DNA of 63,997 nt, filler included, from Basidioascus undulatus (Eukaryota): assembly GCA_000826855.1 (NCBI GenBank). It is 8 parts of 8 records of this genome, joined end to end, with 100 filler letters (N's around TTAATTAATTAA, not from the genome) between each part and the next. Parts side by side here need not be neighbours in the genome. Positions count along the whole stretch, not along the records: positions 59,247 to 63,997 come from JTLS01002082.1; 7 more parts are not named here. One strand, given 5' to 3'. Below are positions 62,201-63,997 of the stretch, in pieces; the stretch's first letter is position 1, and the number at the start of each line of letters is the position of its first letter. The position numbers and the translations under genes are program-made. The notes beneath the pieces were generated by a model. That model was given only the letters and a program-made list of their open reading frames with translations, made no database searches and had not been told where the DNA came from.

Positions 62201-62840
62201 GATACTTGTGGCACGATTACAACCATTTCAGGTCTTTCTCGGTTCGGCGTCAATCGACGGCCGAGGTCGTGAGTGTCCCGCACGAGAAGAGGGTCACATC
62301 CAAGGTCGACACTTTGACCGCCGAGAAGGGGGAGCTTCGCGAACAGGTAAGCTGTGCGGTGACTGTAGTACTTCAATCCTGCGATCGTAGCATGTGTTTC
62401 AGACTGGCCTCCGGCAGTGTCTCCCAGACAACTACCCCGGTTCAGGGAGCTCTAACAGTGTATTGGGAAAGGTTTTCTGTGGATTCAATTAGATACTCGC
62501 CACACGGATCACCGTCAAGAATCAGTCAGCACATCCCGCACCACTGGCTTCGTCTCTGGGCTGCCTTAAATACCCTCGTTCCGCAGAAGAACAGTTTGAA
62601 AATGAAGGGACATGGGTAAAAAATTCAACACAGTTCGATTTTTACAGATGTACCACAAGTCAATCCTGCGTCAGAGACCATGCGTTAGTGGCTCACCTCG
62701 AGTTGCCAAGTTTCTCACTACCAGCGGCTCCTGACGAACCCCCGAGAGTTTCTTATGTGTATGCCTTCCCGTTGCCGCATCTTCCCAGTCGCTACTTCTT
62801 ATGTTCCAATGAGAATTACAAACTCGGCGAAGTTGTCCTA

Positions 62841-62926
62841 TCTTCGGTGGCGCAATTGGTTAGCGCGTCCGACTGTTACTTCAAGAGTGGATCGGGAGGT
62901 TGTGAGTTCAAGTCTCACCTGAAGAG
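62841..62926 (+). tRNA. tRNA-Asn(GTT) with 12-nt intron (62879-62890)
   Basis: Acceptor TCTTCGG/CTGAAGA, D-arm GCGC/GCGC, anticodon stem TCCGA/TCGGG with GTT at 62875-62877, T-arm GTGAG-TTCAAGT-CTCAC and discriminator G. Confidence 0.95.
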
Positions 62927-62937
62927 TTTTTTTTTTT
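62927..62937 (+). terminator. RNA polymerase III oligo-T terminator
   Basis: T11 immediately after the tRNA. Confidence 0.9.
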
Positions 62938-63646
62938 GGCTCTTCGGCTCTTTTGCGCGCAAAAACATGACAATGACTTCTGTACAGTTTTTGAACTTTC
63001 GGACAGTTACTCCGAAGCGTCGCCACCCAAAAAAGAAAAGACACACACGGACTTCGCGAGCCAGGTCGAGCGTGGCTCGCCTCAAACTTTCCACTTCCCA
63101 CTTTCTCTTGCCGCCGCCGGCACTCGCTTTGTGCAGCTGTCACGCACTATCAACTACACAGTCGCAGCCAACCATTTTCCCAACCTGCCTGTGCACGGTG
63201 CTTTTCGTGCACTCAATTGATGTGCAGTTTTTTATGACTTTTTCAAGTCTAGTTATTCCGGCCTGTTTCAGAAAGCGCTCGAAAACAACATGGCACTTTT
63301 GGAATTGAGTATGGCCAATGCACAGGGGTTTTATTTATTTTATTTATTTTATTTTTCAGGATGGCAGCCTAGACCTTTGCATGTAACCTCAAATTTGCAA
63401 GCCCACTTTGGCCGATATAGCTAACGAAGCGCGAAGACGTTCGGCTGCGCATCAGTCGAATCGATCGATCTTGCTCCGGTGGATCAGACCGAACGGCGTG
63501 CGCCGGTGCCGGGTTCCGTAAGCGAAGCAAAAGGGTATATGCTAAAAGAACACGGAGTGCGATAGTACACAGTCGATCGTGACAGATCGTCAACCCAACA
63601 ACCGAGCGAGCGCGCGCGTAAGTCCATCAAGACAGAGCCTGCTCAA

Positions 63647-63997
63647 TCAAGACAGGACCTGCGCATCCCCTCTCCTCAAGTCAGTCATCCGTCCTGTCCG
63701 GGGGTGCGAGAAGACGGCGACCGACAGGCGCGAGCGCCCACGCCACACGTACAGCAAGGAGGACGATCAAGATGACGACGATGAGGATGAGGAGCAGGCA
63801 GAGCGCGCGCTTGCCCGCTTTCCGCTGGTAGTCGTGCGCCGAGTCGAGCTCCTCTGCGGCGCCACGCGTGTCGGAGGCGATGTAGTTCACGTTGGACTCT
63901 ATGTTGTCTGTGCAGGCCGTCGGGCGGTTGGGGGTCCGGGGCATGAAAACAGTTGTAAAGAGTGCATCCGTCCCGATCCGCAAGAAGAGCAGGGTAA
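63647..63997 (-). CDS. Syntaxin (Pep12/Vam3/STX7-like Qa-SNARE), 3' exons only
   Basis: DNIESNV..AAEELDSAHDYQRKAGKRALCLLLILIVVILIVLLA|VLS*: the end of a SNARE helix plus a C-terminal TM anchor. Confidence 0.88.

Noticed and set aside
59420..62600. Possible transposase relic, including imperfect TGACAATGTTTC direct repeats near 59440 and 59685
   Set aside because: No DDE, RT or integrase motif could be read in any frame. It may still be degraded repeat DNA.

Overview
GC-rich, intron-dense fungal DNA. GTGCGT/GTGAG donors, CTGAC branch sites and 50-90 nt introns point to a basidiomycete, plausibly Pucciniomycotina (inference). The window is not one locus. It is eight contigs joined by artificial 100-nt linkers (N44-TTAATTAATTAA-N44), so gene neighbourhood is meaningful only within a contig. 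Contig 1 (1-26188) carries an S10 serine carboxypeptidase, a GH16 glucanase-like gene with an EINIVE catalytic motif and no visible N-terminus, SEC10, a divergent Elongin-B-like ubiquitin-fold gene, NDUFA1, an internally deleted pectin lyase, an FAH-family hydrolase, a GILT-like thiol reductase, a Git3-like GPCR, a 4-TM protein and PSY2/PPP4R3. The later, roughly 5.4-kb contigs carry a candidate PP1-docking protein, ARMC8/VID28 with a lipoate ligase, a P1B Cu-ATPase with a decayed repeat, an LTR remnant with a DHX9/DHX30-like dsRBD helicase, dynactin p27, HET-C, an intron-containing tRNA-Asn and a syntaxin. The best candidate system is a head-to-head pair 371 bp apart. It encodes an ALDH8A1/AmnC-type 2-aminomuconate-semialdehyde dehydrogenase and an AmnD-type (RidA family) 2-aminomuconate deaminase, two consecutive steps of 3-hydroxyanthranilate/tryptophan ring-cleavage catabolism. 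Gene models were spliced by eye, and family calls come from recalled motifs rather than database searches.
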